DNA from: an uncultured Dehalococcoidia bacterium
GTDB lineage: Bacteria; Chloroflexota; Dehalococcoidia; Lucifugimonadales; CAJWER01
NCBI GenBank assembly: GCA_958296115.1
Contig: OY282442.1
Span: 1,371,158 to 1,435,157, forward strand
Length of the DNA: 64,000 nucleotides
Direction of reading: 5' to 3'
Both the position numbers and the translations under genes were made by a program. Shown here piece after piece: positions 45,523 through 56,328 of this stretch (positions are counted from its first letter, which is position 1; the number at the start of each line of letters is the position of its first letter). Under the pieces are notes generated by a model that saw only the letters and a list, made by a program, of their open reading frames with translations, had not been told where the DNA came from and ran no database searches.

Positions 45523-46524
45523 CTAACCCGACGGCGTGGGCGTCGGCTCTGGCTCCATCGTCGGCTCTGGCGTGGGCGCTGGGGGCGGCTCGAGGACGTA
45601 AGCCCTGTCCGCGTCTATCAGGTCGTTGACCTCATACGACGAAATCAGCACGTAGTAGTCCGACCCGTCCGACTTGGCGTAGAAGACCCCGTCGCCCTGC
45701 CCCCCGACCGTCAGCGTACGGGCCGTGACCGACCCGGCATCGTCCCGCGCCTCCACGGTATAGATGAGCTGCGGCTCCGCGAACCCGTATGACTCCTCCT
45801 CGCCGCGTCCCAGCGGCGCCCGCGCCGAGACCGACGCCGCCCGCGTCAGCAGCGAGTTGATCTTGCTGGTATCGATAATCTCGCCCTCGGCCAGGCCTCC
45901 CTCCAGGGTCCATTCGCCCTGGTCGTCCTTCAGGAGCGCCAGGCGTCCGTCCGCGTTCTCGATAGTCAGCGACTGGATGTTGTCCCGATCGACCGCCAGG
46001 TACTCCGTATCGATCCAGCTTGCGGCGTTGACCGGCGCGTCCGAGGTCGTGAGGTCCGACACCTTGTACACCTCGGCCTGGTCGTCGGCGCGGACGTGGC
46101 TTGCGCTCACCGTCAGCGCCGCGCCGATGTAGAGCCGGCGCCTCTCGCCCTCGTATGTCTCGAACTCCAGCATCCGCTCGAATCCGGATGGCGACACGCG
46201 CAGCCGCAGATGGCTCGACGGGGTCCGGGTTACGAGGTTGTCGGCCTGCAGGTCTGCTATCTTGTCGAGCAGGCCGCGGAGCTGCTCGGCCCTGCACGGG
46301 TAGTCGTCCGCCTGGGGCAGAACGCAGCCGCCGTCGCCCTTGGACACCTCGATTACGCTGCCCTGCGGTCCAGTGATGGTTACACTGGCGATCCGGTCCT
46401 GCTCGACGTCGGGGAACAGCGCCCCCACTTCCGGCGACGATTCCGGCCAGAACACGACAGCCAAGACAACGACCTGCAGCGCAAGCGCCGCGGCCAGGAC
46501 TCTATTGAGCATGCTGACGTTCAA
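45523..46524 (-). CDS. DUF4340-domain protein (accessory component of GldG-type ABC systems)
   Basis: 333 aa with an N-terminal TM anchor and repeated beta-rich modules. It lies immediately downstream of, and overlaps by 4 nt, the GldF/GldG-like gene, which is the usual synteny. Confidence 0.65.
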   Translation of the reverse strand: MNVSMLNRVLAAALALQVVVLAVVFWPESSPEVGALFPDVEQDRIASVTITGPQGSVIEVSKGDGGCVLPQADDYPCRAEQLRGLLDKIADLQADNLVTRTPSSHLRLRVSPSGFERMLEFETYEGERRRLYIGAALTVSASHVRADDQAEVYKVSDLTTSDAPVNAASWIDTEYLAVDRDNIQSLTIENADGRLALLKDDQGEWTLEGGLAEGEIIDTSKINSLLTRAASVSARAPLGRGEEESYGFAEPQLIYTVEARDDAGSVTARTLTVGGQGDGVFYAKSDGSDYYVLISSYEVNDLIDADRAYVLEPPPAPTPEPTMEPEPTPTPSG

Positions 46525-49385
46525 TCTTCGTCACCCGGTTCGACCAGCTTCATCGGCTTCTCGCCGCGCTCCCTGATATTCCATACGAGACCCAGGGCTA
46601 TGAGGGCTATCAGGGCGACGGCGTAGTTGGCCGCCTCCCATGCCGTCTGCTCCCGCTCCTCCAGCGGCCTCAGCAGGCGCGTGTAGGTGCCCCGGGCCCG
46701 CAGAGAGAGGAGGTCGTCGTCCTCCACCGCCCAGTCCACGGCGTTTTCGAGGAACTGGAGGTTCAGCAAATACCTGTCCGCCGACATGCTTCGGGAGAGA
46801 TTGAGTATCACGTCGTCCAGGAACTCGGAGCTTCCGAAGACCACGAGCCGGGCAGATTCCGGCGACTGGTCCACCAGCCCGGGGCCGGTTCTGCCGAGCT
46901 CGTCGTCCTCGAAAGGCGAGGGCTTGTCCTTGAAGAAGCTCTGGAAGGTTCCCCGCATGGAGACGGCGAGCGGGCGGACCGCCTGGCTGCCCTCGATAGG
47001 GAACCCGACTCCCGGATACTCGTCCATGTCGGGGTCCACGTCGCTGGACGCCCTCAGCCACGATTCGCGCGACGACCTGATGAACACCTCAGCGTCGCGG
47101 TCCCCGCTCTTGGCCGGGTTGATTCGCAGCGGCGACGCCCACTGCATCGTTACCGCGGGCATGTTCGCGGTTATGGCGCTCTCCGTCTCCATCCCGTCCC
47201 TGCGTATGTCCACGAAGGGCGGATACGAGATGCGCTGGAGGTCGAGCACGGGAACGCCGCCGACGTTTCGCTGCACCTGGATGGGGAACTGCTCGTTCTG
47301 GGTATCCATGACGAGCTCCTCCCCGACCTCGATGCCGTAGGACGCGAGCATTTCACCCATCCCGTCCCGCACCTTGTCGAGGGTGATTCCTGACGAGATC
47401 TGTATTGGCGATACTATGTAGGAACCCGTGGCGGCCACTACAGAGCCGCCGCGCATGAGGAACTGGTCTATTGCGAAGAGCTGCTTGTCGGTCATTTCTC
47501 GGGGCGAGACGACGACGAGGACGTCGACCGCCGGAGCCTCGCCCTGGTGCAGGTCGGAGACCTCGAGGGAGTAGTTCTGGGATAGCTGCTGCGTGACGAA
47601 GCTCCAACTCGATATGGGCGGGACCTCTTGGCCGTACAGGCCGGTAACCGGTTCGTTGGAGGGGACCCACAGCCCGACCCTCTTGAGGAGGCCCGGAACG
47701 GCCCTTCGGATGCCGGCGTCTATGGACGCCCGGATGTCCGCCTCCGTCGCCTCTCCGCCGGGGTAGATCAGGAAGCTCTGGTCGCCCTTGTCCAGCACCA
47801 TGTGGAAGTAGTACGCGTCGGTCGAGGCCAGCGAGACTAGGCTCGGCGCGATTCCCTGGGACTGCTGGATCTGCTCGCGGGTCAGGGGGCTGCCGGGCGC
47901 GTCGGGGTCTATCGTCTCGACGATGAGCTTGCCGTTGGACTCGGCGGCGAGCCGAGCCGCCACCGCGTCGAACCGCTCCGGGGCGCCTTGGAGCGCCTCT
48001 GGGAGGGTCTGGGCGGTGATGTAGGCGGTGAGACGCAGGGGTTCTTCCAGGGCCGCGAACACGGCGTCCTGGCGCTGGAAGCCGGACACGACCTTCTTGA
48101 TAGCGCTTGTGAGGTCGTACTCTAGGTTCCGCAGGCGCACCGATACGTCGCTGCCGCTCTGGTCGACCTCGATGAGGTCTGCGAAGCTGAGTATGGCGAA
48201 CTGGTCGCCGTACCTGACGAGGATGTCGAAGTAGGAGTTGACGACGGAGGAGTCGCGGCGCTCGGTTACTGCGAAGGGGGTGGACTGGATGCCGTAGGAC
48301 CTGTTCGCCTCGGCCTCGATATCCTCGTCGTCGCGCGGGTCGACCACCTCGGCCTCGATTCTGCCCCTCGACGCTATCTCGTACTCGCGCATCAGGTCGC
48401 GGATGGTTGGCACGAGGGGCTCCAGCAGCGGATGGGTGCGGTCGCTGATGTATCCCCGCAGCAGCAGGGGCTCCTCGAGGTTCGAGATGACGTCCAGGGT
48501 CGGGCCCGTGAGGCTGTATTCGCGCTGGGCGGTGAGGTCTATGCGGAGGCCGGACAGCGGGAAGAGCCAGACGTTGAGCAGGAGCAGGTTGGCGCCTATC
48601 AGCGCCGCGCCGAGGACCGCGTTGCGCCTGATGGGCGAGGCGTCCGGCCCTCGTCCCCAGCGCTTCGTCTCCAAGGACACGACGTTGAGGGCGAGGAAGA
48701 AGGCGGCTACAGAGGCGTAGTAGGCGACGTCGCGGAGGTCTATGACGCCGCGCTCTATGCTCTCGAACCTGCTGCCGCTGCCTATGGCCCGCAGCGCCTC
48801 GGAGACGCCGCCGCCGGCGAAGACGGTGACGCTCTCGGTCCCCACCAGGTAGAGCAGTCCGCCGAGCAGGACCGTGAGTATCAGCGATACTATCTGGTTG
48901 TCGGTCCTGGAGGAGACGAATACGCCTATGGCGGCGTATGCCGCGCCCATCAGCAAGGCCCCGAGGTAGCCGCCCGCGACCGGGCCCCAGTCCAGGTCTC
49001 CGAGCAGCTCCACGGTTACGGGTATGGAGATGGTCAGGGCCAGGGCGACGGCAAGCAGGATGACGACGGCCAGGAACTTGCCGAGGGCTAGATGCGCGGG
49101 GCGCACGGGGAGCGTCAGCAGCACCTCGAGGGTCCCGGCCCGCTGCTCTTCGCTCCATTGGCGCATGGTCAGCGTGGCGACCAGCAGAATCATGAGGATG
49201 GGCATCCAGCGGAACAGGGGGCGGGCGTCGGCGATGTTCCGGGCGAAGAAGGTTTCCGCCCAGAAGAAGAGGAAGAGGGTTACGGCGAGGAATACGCCGA
49301 TGAAGATAAGCGCCAGCGGCGAGCCGAAGTAGGCTCGAAGCTCCTTGCGGGCAATCGCCCACGTCTGCGTCCACAAACCGTTCAC
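46521..49385 (-). CDS. Fused ABC-2 permease (GldF-like) and GldG-like periplasmic/auxiliary domain protein
   Basis: 954 aa. The first ~240 aa form a six-TM ABC-2 permease, followed by a large soluble GldG-like region and a C-terminal TM. It is coupled to the upstream ATPase gene by a 4-nt overlap. Confidence 0.7.
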   Translation of the reverse strand: MNGLWTQTWAIARKELRAYFGSPLALIFIGVFLAVTLFLFFWAETFFARNIADARPLFRWMPILMILLVATLTMRQWSEEQRAGTLEVLLTLPVRPAHLALGKFLAVVILLAVALALTISIPVTVELLGDLDWGPVAGGYLGALLMGAAYAAIGVFVSSRTDNQIVSLILTVLLGGLLYLVGTESVTVFAGGGVSEALRAIGSGSRFESIERGVIDLRDVAYYASVAAFFLALNVVSLETKRWGRGPDASPIRRNAVLGAALIGANLLLLNVWLFPLSGLRIDLTAQREYSLTGPTLDVISNLEEPLLLRGYISDRTHPLLEPLVPTIRDLMREYEIASRGRIEAEVVDPRDDEDIEAEANRSYGIQSTPFAVTERRDSSVVNSYFDILVRYGDQFAILSFADLIEVDQSGSDVSVRLRNLEYDLTSAIKKVVSGFQRQDAVFAALEEPLRLTAYITAQTLPEALQGAPERFDAVAARLAAESNGKLIVETIDPDAPGSPLTREQIQQSQGIAPSLVSLASTDAYYFHMVLDKGDQSFLIYPGGEATEADIRASIDAGIRRAVPGLLKRVGLWVPSNEPVTGLYGQEVPPISSWSFVTQQLSQNYSLEVSDLHQGEAPAVDVLVVVSPREMTDKQLFAIDQFLMRGGSVVAATGSYIVSPIQISSGITLDKVRDGMGEMLASYGIEVGEELVMDTQNEQFPIQVQRNVGGVPVLDLQRISYPPFVDIRRDGMETESAITANMPAVTMQWASPLRINPAKSGDRDAEVFIRSSRESWLRASSDVDPDMDEYPGVGFPIEGSQAVRPLAVSMRGTFQSFFKDKPSPFEDDELGRTGPGLVDQSPESARLVVFGSSEFLDDVILNLSRSMSADRYLLNLQFLENAVDWAVEDDDLLSLRARGTYTRLLRPLEEREQTAWEAANYAVALIALIALGLVWNIRERGEKPMKLVEPGDED

Positions 49386-50335
49386 TCGCCCGCCGCCTCC
49401 TCAGGTTCTACCGCGCCGTCTGACGATGCCACGAGGTCGTTGAATACGGCCTCCAGCGTCCTCGTCTCGCGCCGCAGCTCCCTGACAGGCCAACCCCTGT
49501 TCCTTGCCAGCGCATAGACGCCCGGCCGAAGGTCGACCCCATCCTGCCCGGACACGCGGTAGCGGCGGCCCTCGTCGGTATGCTCGCGGGTTACGTCCAC
49601 CGCTCCGTCTATGTCGGCGAGCGCGTCGCTGACGTCGCCGGCGCCGCCGTCCAGCTCTAGCGTGGTGACGGAGGACGCCGAGAGGTCGGCCATGCGTGCG
49701 TCGGCGCGAACCCGTCCGTTCAGCAGCACTATGGCCCGGTCGCAGATCGCCTCCACCTCGGAGAGGATGTGAGTTGATAGGAAGACCGTGCTGTGCTTCG
49801 CCAGGCCGCCTATCAGGCCGCGCACCTCGATTATCTGCGTTGGGTCGAGTCCTACGGTCGGCTCGTCCAGTATCAGGACCTTTGGGCGGTGCAGTATGGA
49901 TTGGGCTAGGCCGACGCGCTGCCGGTAGCCCTTGCTCAGCTGGGCTATCGGACGGGCGAGCATGTCTTCGAGGCCCGCCGCGCGGACCGCGCGCGAGATC
50001 AGGGCCGGCTGGGCGTCCCTGGGAGCCTGTCGGAGGTCGGCCATGAGGCGCAGGTGGGCTTGCACGGACAGCTCGGGATAGAGGGGCGCGTTTTCGGGCA
50101 GGTAGCCGATGCGCTCTTGGACGTCCAGGGTGTGCGACACGACGTCGAACCCGTCGACGAGGACCTGGCCGGCGTCCGACTGGAGGTAGCCGGCCATGAT
50201 CTTCATCAAGGTCGTCTTGCCCGCGCCGTTCGGCCCCAGCAGCCCGACTATCTCGCCCTCTTCTACGCGCAGGGAGACGTCGTCCAGCGCCTGGACCTTG
50301 CCGTATGACTTGCTTAGCCCTGTAACCTCGATCAC
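49382..50335 (-). CDS. ABC transporter ATP-binding protein (GldA-like)
   Basis: Walker A GPNGAGKTT, signature LSKGYRQRV, Walker B LILDEPT. Confidence 0.88.
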   Translation of the reverse strand: MIEVTGLSKSYGKVQALDDVSLRVEEGEIVGLLGPNGAGKTTLMKIMAGYLQSDAGQVLVDGFDVVSHTLDVQERIGYLPENAPLYPELSVQAHLRLMADLRQAPRDAQPALISRAVRAAGLEDMLARPIAQLSKGYRQRVGLAQSILHRPKVLILDEPTVGLDPTQIIEVRGLIGGLAKHSTVFLSTHILSEVEAICDRAIVLLNGRVRADARMADLSASSVTTLELDGGAGDVSDALADIDGAVDVTREHTDEGRRYRVSGQDGVDLRPGVYALARNRGWPVRELRRETRTLEAVFNDLVASSDGAVEPEEAAGE

Positions 50336-50469
50336 TTTCGGAGTCCTGCCCAGTCCAATCTCTTAAACGGCTGCGCCTCTGAGAGGGTTAGCATGAAGAT
50401 TATCTGAAATCCAAGCCGTCCCGGTCAAGGATAGGGGAGAGTGTAGAGTGGTGAGTTAGGGAGGGGGAG

Positions 50470-50822
50470 GGATGCAGGCGGGACGCCTGCGGTCCTTTTG
50501 GGGCGAGGGGGAGTCACCCTCACCCATCAAGGGAGAGGGGACAAGACGGGCGCGCTGAATTGCCTTCACCCTTGGGTCTCTCCCCGTGGGGGGAGGGGTG
50601 ATGAAGGCTGGGGCGTTGTTGGCGCCTTCGTCTATGTTCGCGTTGTCTCGGTCGGCTCCTTTGCGGGCTTATCGCCCTTATCCTGGCCCTTCTCCCGTCT
50701 GGGGAGGGGGACGGGGCGGGGAATCGCCCTTGTCTCCTAGCCCTTTCCCTTCGGGGGAGGGGCGCAGGGCGGGGCGTTTGCCCTCACCCTGGCCCTTATC
50801 CCCCTTGAGGGAGAGGGTACTT
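50470..50822. repeat. Array of REP-like palindromic elements, copy 2 (inverted relative to 11752-12065)
   Basis: Collinear with the reverse complement of copy 1. It carries one extra unit (about 50660-50715). Confidence 0.75.
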
Positions 50823-50824
50823 GG

Positions 50825-51265
50825 CGGGTCTTGCGACCCGCGACCTGTCTACTCCTGGTTTCCCCCGCTCTCGCGGGAGATGAGTTTGCCTTGCAAGGCA
50901 GTGACTCCGGTACTTGCTTCGAGGATGCCGACGTCGATCGCCCGCCGACACTGGGGGTGCAGCCCCTCCTCTAACTTTCCCGGACGGCTGACGGGCCCTT
51001 GCGGGACCGCCTGCGTTTCGCGCTTGGACCTTCCACCCGCCAAGGCGTCGGGCTGCGCTGGCTACGGTCCTCCCGGTCGTCCGAGAGTCCGCACCTGGAA
51101 CGGGGGAGGAGCATTTGGCACTGCGTCCTCCTGGGGGGGCGCCGAAACACAGAGCGACCTTCTCATACCGCGGGGGCCCCGTCCCAACAGCAGCGGCGGC
51201 ATGAATACCCTGATATTTGGTAGAGGTGGGTCTGTGCTCGTTTGGTGTACGCCCCTTCGGGCCGT
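50825..51265 (-). ncRNA. Candidate ~440-nt structured ncRNA of unknown family, copy 2
   Basis: Reverse complement aligns with 11309-11748. By hand alignment the 3' ~260 nt are almost identical (3 differences) and the 5' ~160 nt differ at roughly 17 positions. The terminal hairpin loop is GCAA here versus cca in copy 1. Confidence 0.45.
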
Positions 51266-51270
51266 CTACC

Positions 51271-51337
51271 AGACTAGCACGGCTGTTCTCGCGGTGTCAA
51301 GGGGCAGTTTGGGGCAATTTGGGGGCAATTTTCGGGG
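51271..51337 (-). promoter_or_regulatory. Sigma-70-type promoter with phased A-tract repeats, copy 2
   Basis: On the minus strand: TTGACA (51300-51295), an 18-nt spacer, and TAGTCT (51276-51271). It is preceded by gaaaattgcccc / caaattgcccc / aaactgcccc. Confidence 0.45.
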
Positions 51338-51347
51338 TAGGCCGGGG

Positions 51348-51402
51348 AATCACCCTCACCCTGGCCCTCTCCCGTCGAGGGAGAGGGGAGAAGGCGGGGG
51401 GA
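51348..51402. repeat. REP-like palindromic element (single unit)
   Basis: gaatcaccctcaccctgg-ccctctccc-gtcga-gggagaggg-gagaaggcgggg. Confidence 0.75.
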
Positions 51403-51439
51403 GGGAGTGCAGGCGGGGCGGCTGCGGTCCTTTTTCTGA

Positions 51440-51468
51440 TTGACTCGGCAGGTCTAGCGGCATACTAT
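51440..51468 (+). promoter_or_regulatory. Candidate sigma-70 promoter of the type I R-M operon
   Basis: TTGACT (51440-51445), a 17-nt spacer, and TACTAT (51463-51468). It lies 64 nt upstream of the hsdM ATG. Confidence 0.5.
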
Positions 51469-51531
51469 TTGGGTTCAGGTTCGAGGGGGCTGTGAGCATG
51501 GCCTCGGCGAAGCGCGAGGGGGTTGAGCGCG

Positions 51532-53143
<1,612 letters not shown>

Positions 53144-53151
<8 letters not shown>

Positions 53152-53575
53152 GGCCATGCCACTTGAGTTGGACCACCTGAGGAAATCTATCCAAGCCCTC
53201 TCGGACCTGCTTGCGGTCAGCGACAACGACGAGCGCATGGGGCAGTTGAGCGAGGTCGAGCGGACCGGCATCCGCGCCGGCGTCATCAAGAACTTCGAGA
53301 CCACCTATGAGCTATCCTGGAAGCTGATAGCCCGCTGGCTGAAAACCCACGTCGGTTCCGAAGCCGACGGCGTAACGCGGCGTGAGCTATTCCGACTTGC
53401 CGCTGAAAATCGCCTTATCCCTGACGTGGACTTGTGGATGGGTCATCATGTCGCAAGGAACGACACCGCCCACGTATACGACGAGGGAAAGGCTGATCAG
53501 GTCTATAGAGCCACCATGGACTTCGCGCATGACGCGCGGCGGCTGCTGGAGATCCTGGAAGCGCGGAATGATTGA
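53144..53575 (+). CDS. HEPN-domain protein (HI0074 / nucleotidyltransferase substrate-binding family)
   Basis: 143 aa with the family-typical [13 protein letters not shown] and the Rx4H motif RNDTAH. The start overlaps the hsdM stop (ATGAATAG). Confidence 0.8.
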
Positions 53576-55172
53576 TCTCAACCCGAATCATCTTGTAACG
53601 GTCGAGGGCATCTTGGCCGAGCACGTGCCGGAGTGCGAGGTGCGAGCTTTCGGCTCCCGCGCGACCTGGACCGCGAAGGACTACTCGGACCTTGACCTGG
53701 CGGTAGTCGGCGGCGGGCCGTTGGACATGGGAAGGCTGGGACGCCTGAGGGAAGCCTTCCAGGAGTCCGACCTGCCCATGCGGGTGGAAGCGCTAGACTG
53801 GCACGCCGTCTCCCAGGGTTTCCGGGATGTGATCGAGCGGGGATACGTGGTAGTGCAGAAGGGGGCGGGAGAGTGGCGCGAAGTGGCGCTGGGGGGAATC
53901 GCCGAGATCAACGAAGCTACCTACTCCCCTAAAGAAGGCTGGCCGTTCGTCAATTATCTGGATACCGGGAATATCACCGAGAACCACATATCGGAAATTC
54001 AGCATCTCGTTACCGGCACAGATAAGATTCCGAGCCGAGCACGTAGAAAGGTTAAGCAGGGCGACATCGTGTATTCCACCGTGCGCCCCAACCAGCGGCA
54101 CTTCGGGTTGATCAAGGAAGTACCGGAAAACTTCCTGGCCTCGACGGGATTTGCCGTCATTCGTGGGAAGGCTGATGTCGCTTGCACGGATTTCATTTAT
54201 TGGTTCCTAGCGCAAGACCATGTAGTCGATTACCTTCATTCAATAGCAGAGAACAGCACGTCAGCGTACCCGTCTATCAAGCCTGGCGACTTGGAACAAT
54301 TGGTACTGCCCATGCCGCCGTTGGCCGAGCAGCGGGCGATTGCCCACGCGCTGGGGACGCTGGACGACAAGATTGAGTTGAATCGGCGGATGAATGAGAC
54401 GCTGGAGGGGATGGCGCGGGCGCTGTTCGAGTCGTGGTTCGTGGATTTCGACCCGGTGCGGGCGAAGATGGAGGGGCGGGATACGGGCCTGCCAGCGGAT
54501 GTCGCCGCGCTGTTCCCGGGCCGGCTGGTGGAGTCGGAGCTGGGGGAGATTCCGGAGGGGTGGGGGGTTGGGACGCTTGATGGTATGATAGAGTTGCTGA
54601 GTGGTGGCACCCCCAAGACGTCAGTTGTTGAGTACTGGGATGGGGATATACTCTGGTACACCGCTAAGGACGCTCCCAACCTGAGCGATGTCTTTGTCCT
54701 GGAGACTGAGAGGACCATAACCCAAGCCGGGATTGAGAACAGCGCCGCAAGAGTTCTTCCAGTGGGAACAACGACAATCACCGCCAGAGGCACTGTTGGT
54801 AGACTTGCCTGTCTCGGCATACCGATGGCTATGAATCAGACCTGCTATGGGATTCGCGGCGCTCACGGGTATCCTGATTTCTTCACCTATTGGAACGTGA
54901 GGACAGCTGTGGATGAGTTGCAACAGAGGACTCACGGCACGATCTTTGATACAATCACCCGTCAGACCTTCACCCTCATTGAGATGGCAACGCCGCCTGT
55001 AGAATTGGCGAAGGCATTCGAATCGACGCTGGGGCCTGTGATGGGGCGCATCCGCGGCAATCTTCAGGAATCTCGTACTTTGACCATCTTGCGGGATGCG
55101 TTGCTGCCGAGGCTGGTGTCGGGGGAGGTGCGGGTGGGAGAGGTAAATCGACCTGCGACAAGGAGTGCATAA
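53568..55172 (+). CDS. hsdS: Minimal nucleotidyltransferase (MNT) domain fused in frame to a type I R-M specificity subunit
   Basis: The first ~95 aa carry FGSRA...SDLDLAV (GS...DxD NTase motif). The rest is a two-TRD HsdS with the central conserved helix LAEQRAIAHALGTLDDKIELNRRMNETLE and the C-terminal LRDALLPRLVSGEVRV. The start overlaps the HEPN stop (ATGATTGA). Confidence 0.8.
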   Translation: MIDLNPNHLVTVEGILAEHVPECEVRAFGSRATWTAKDYSDLDLAVVGGGPLDMGRLGRLREAFQESDLPMRVEALDWHAVSQGFRDVIERGYVVVQKGAGEWREVALGGIAEINEATYSPKEGWPFVNYLDTGNITENHISEIQHLVTGTDKIPSRARRKVKQGDIVYSTVRPNQRHFGLIKEVPENFLASTGFAVIRGKADVACTDFIYWFLAQDHVVDYLHSIAENSTSAYPSIKPGDLEQLVLPMPPLAEQRAIAHALGTLDDKIELNRRMNETLEGMARALFESWFVDFDPVRAKMEGRDTGLPADVAALFPGRLVESELGEIPEGWGVGTLDGMIELLSGGTPKTSVVEYWDGDILWYTAKDAPNLSDVFVLETERTITQAGIENSAARVLPVGTTTITARGTVGRLACLGIPMAMNQTCYGIRGAHGYPDFFTYWNVRTAVDELQQRTHGTIFDTITRQTFTLIEMATPPVELAKAFESTLGPVMGRIRGNLQESRTLTILRDALLPRLVSGEVRVGEVNRPATRSA

Positions 55173-56029
55173 TGGCTTTGATACCGCCTTCTTTCCTGAA
55201 CACGGTTGTTGCTTTGGGAAGAGAGTGCCAAGATGGGACAGCCCGATACAACGCAACGGGTTTTCTGTATGGTATTCCCAGTGGTGATACCGACGAGAAT
55301 GGGAAAAATATGTATCACCCTTTCCTAGTAACTAATCGGCACGTGTTCGAAGGGATATTTAAGCATACTGATACACTGTGTGCGAGGTTCAACAAGCGCA
55401 CACAAATTGATGCAAATGTGTACACTATGAAAGAGGGAAATCGCCCATGGACTGTTCATCCGGATCCGCGCATTGATGTTGCGGTCTTGGAAATCGACTT
55501 AAATAGCTTAAGAGCCGACGGTATCGAATACGCATTCTTCCCGGGCGATACGCATGCACTTACGCTCGAGCAAGCCCGTAGCAGTGAGATCAGCGAAGGA
55601 GATGGAGTTTTTGTATTAGGATTTCCATTGGGGGACGCCGGAGATGAGCGGAATTATCCAATCGTGCGACAAGGAATAATTGCCCGTATTCAGAATTGGC
55701 TGAGGGGAGATGCACGTACATTCTTGATAGACGCTTCCATTTTCCCTGGCAACAGTGGTGGCCCAGTTCTCCTTAAACCCGAAATCGCTTCTATTCAGGG
55801 TACACAACGTAATGATAGATGCGTACTAATCGGCATGGTCTCTTCCTACCTACCATACCAAGAAGTTGCTATAAGCAACCAGACCGGACGGACAAGGATG
55901 ATATTCGAAGAGAATTCAGGGCTTGGCACCGTAGTGCCTCATGACGCGATACAAAAGACCATTAGAATCGCTGTTGATAATCTCAGTTCTAGCGAACGGG
56001 TTGCTGCTCCAGAAGAGCAAACCGAATGA
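55172..56029 (+). CDS. Cytoplasmic chymotrypsin-fold (S1, Trypsin_2-like) serine protease
   Basis: 285 aa with no signal peptide. Triad contexts are LVTNRHVF, IDVAVLEI and FPGNSGGPVL. The start overlaps the hsdS stop (TAATG). The gene is markedly AT-richer than its flanks. Confidence 0.75.
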   Translation: MALIPPSFLNTVVALGRECQDGTARYNATGFLYGIPSGDTDENGKNMYHPFLVTNRHVFEGIFKHTDTLCARFNKRTQIDANVYTMKEGNRPWTVHPDPRIDVAVLEIDLNSLRADGIEYAFFPGDTHALTLEQARSSEISEGDGVFVLGFPLGDAGDERNYPIVRQGIIARIQNWLRGDARTFLIDASIFPGNSGGPVLLKPEIASIQGTQRNDRCVLIGMVSSYLPYQEVAISNQTGRTRMIFEENSGLGTVVPHDAIQKTIRIAVDNLSSSERVAAPEEQTE

Positions 56030-56039
56030 AGCCTCCCCC

Positions 56040-56328
56040 ATGACCACCATCACCGAAGCTGACGTCGAGCGGGCGGCCCTGGAATGGCTGGCGGGTGGAG
56101 CATGGGCGAGACATCGCGTCCGACACGCCCGGCGCGGAGCGGGACGATTATGGGCAGGTCGTCCTGGAGGGGCGGCTGCGTGTGGCCGTGGGCCAGACCC
56201 GCCGCGCGGCCAAATTGCGGCGCATCGTCTCGAACGGGCGTGAGTCTTGCGCCCTCGCCGCCCTGCGTGATACACTGGCGCCGAGGCTGGTGTCGGGGGA
56301 GATACGAGTGAGGGAAATTGTGCCATGA
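56040..56328 (+). pseudogene. Chimeric relic: 5' fragment of an hsdR fused to the 3' end of an hsdS
   Basis: 56040-56190 aligns to the hsdR start ([19 protein letters not shown]... versus [19 protein letters not shown]...) with a ~13-nt deletion. 56215-56328 encodes ...[28 protein letters not shown], compared with the hsdS C-terminus ESRTLTILRDALLPRLVSGEVRVGEV. Confidence 0.8.

Noticed and set aside
50470-50822. Whether the REP arrays (and 11752-12110) or the PT-coding repeats (60895-61450) are CRISPR arrays.
   Set aside because: The units are degenerate, of variable length and self-complementary, with no regular repeat-spacer periodicity. No cas genes are present, and the PT repeats lie inside a continuous reading frame.
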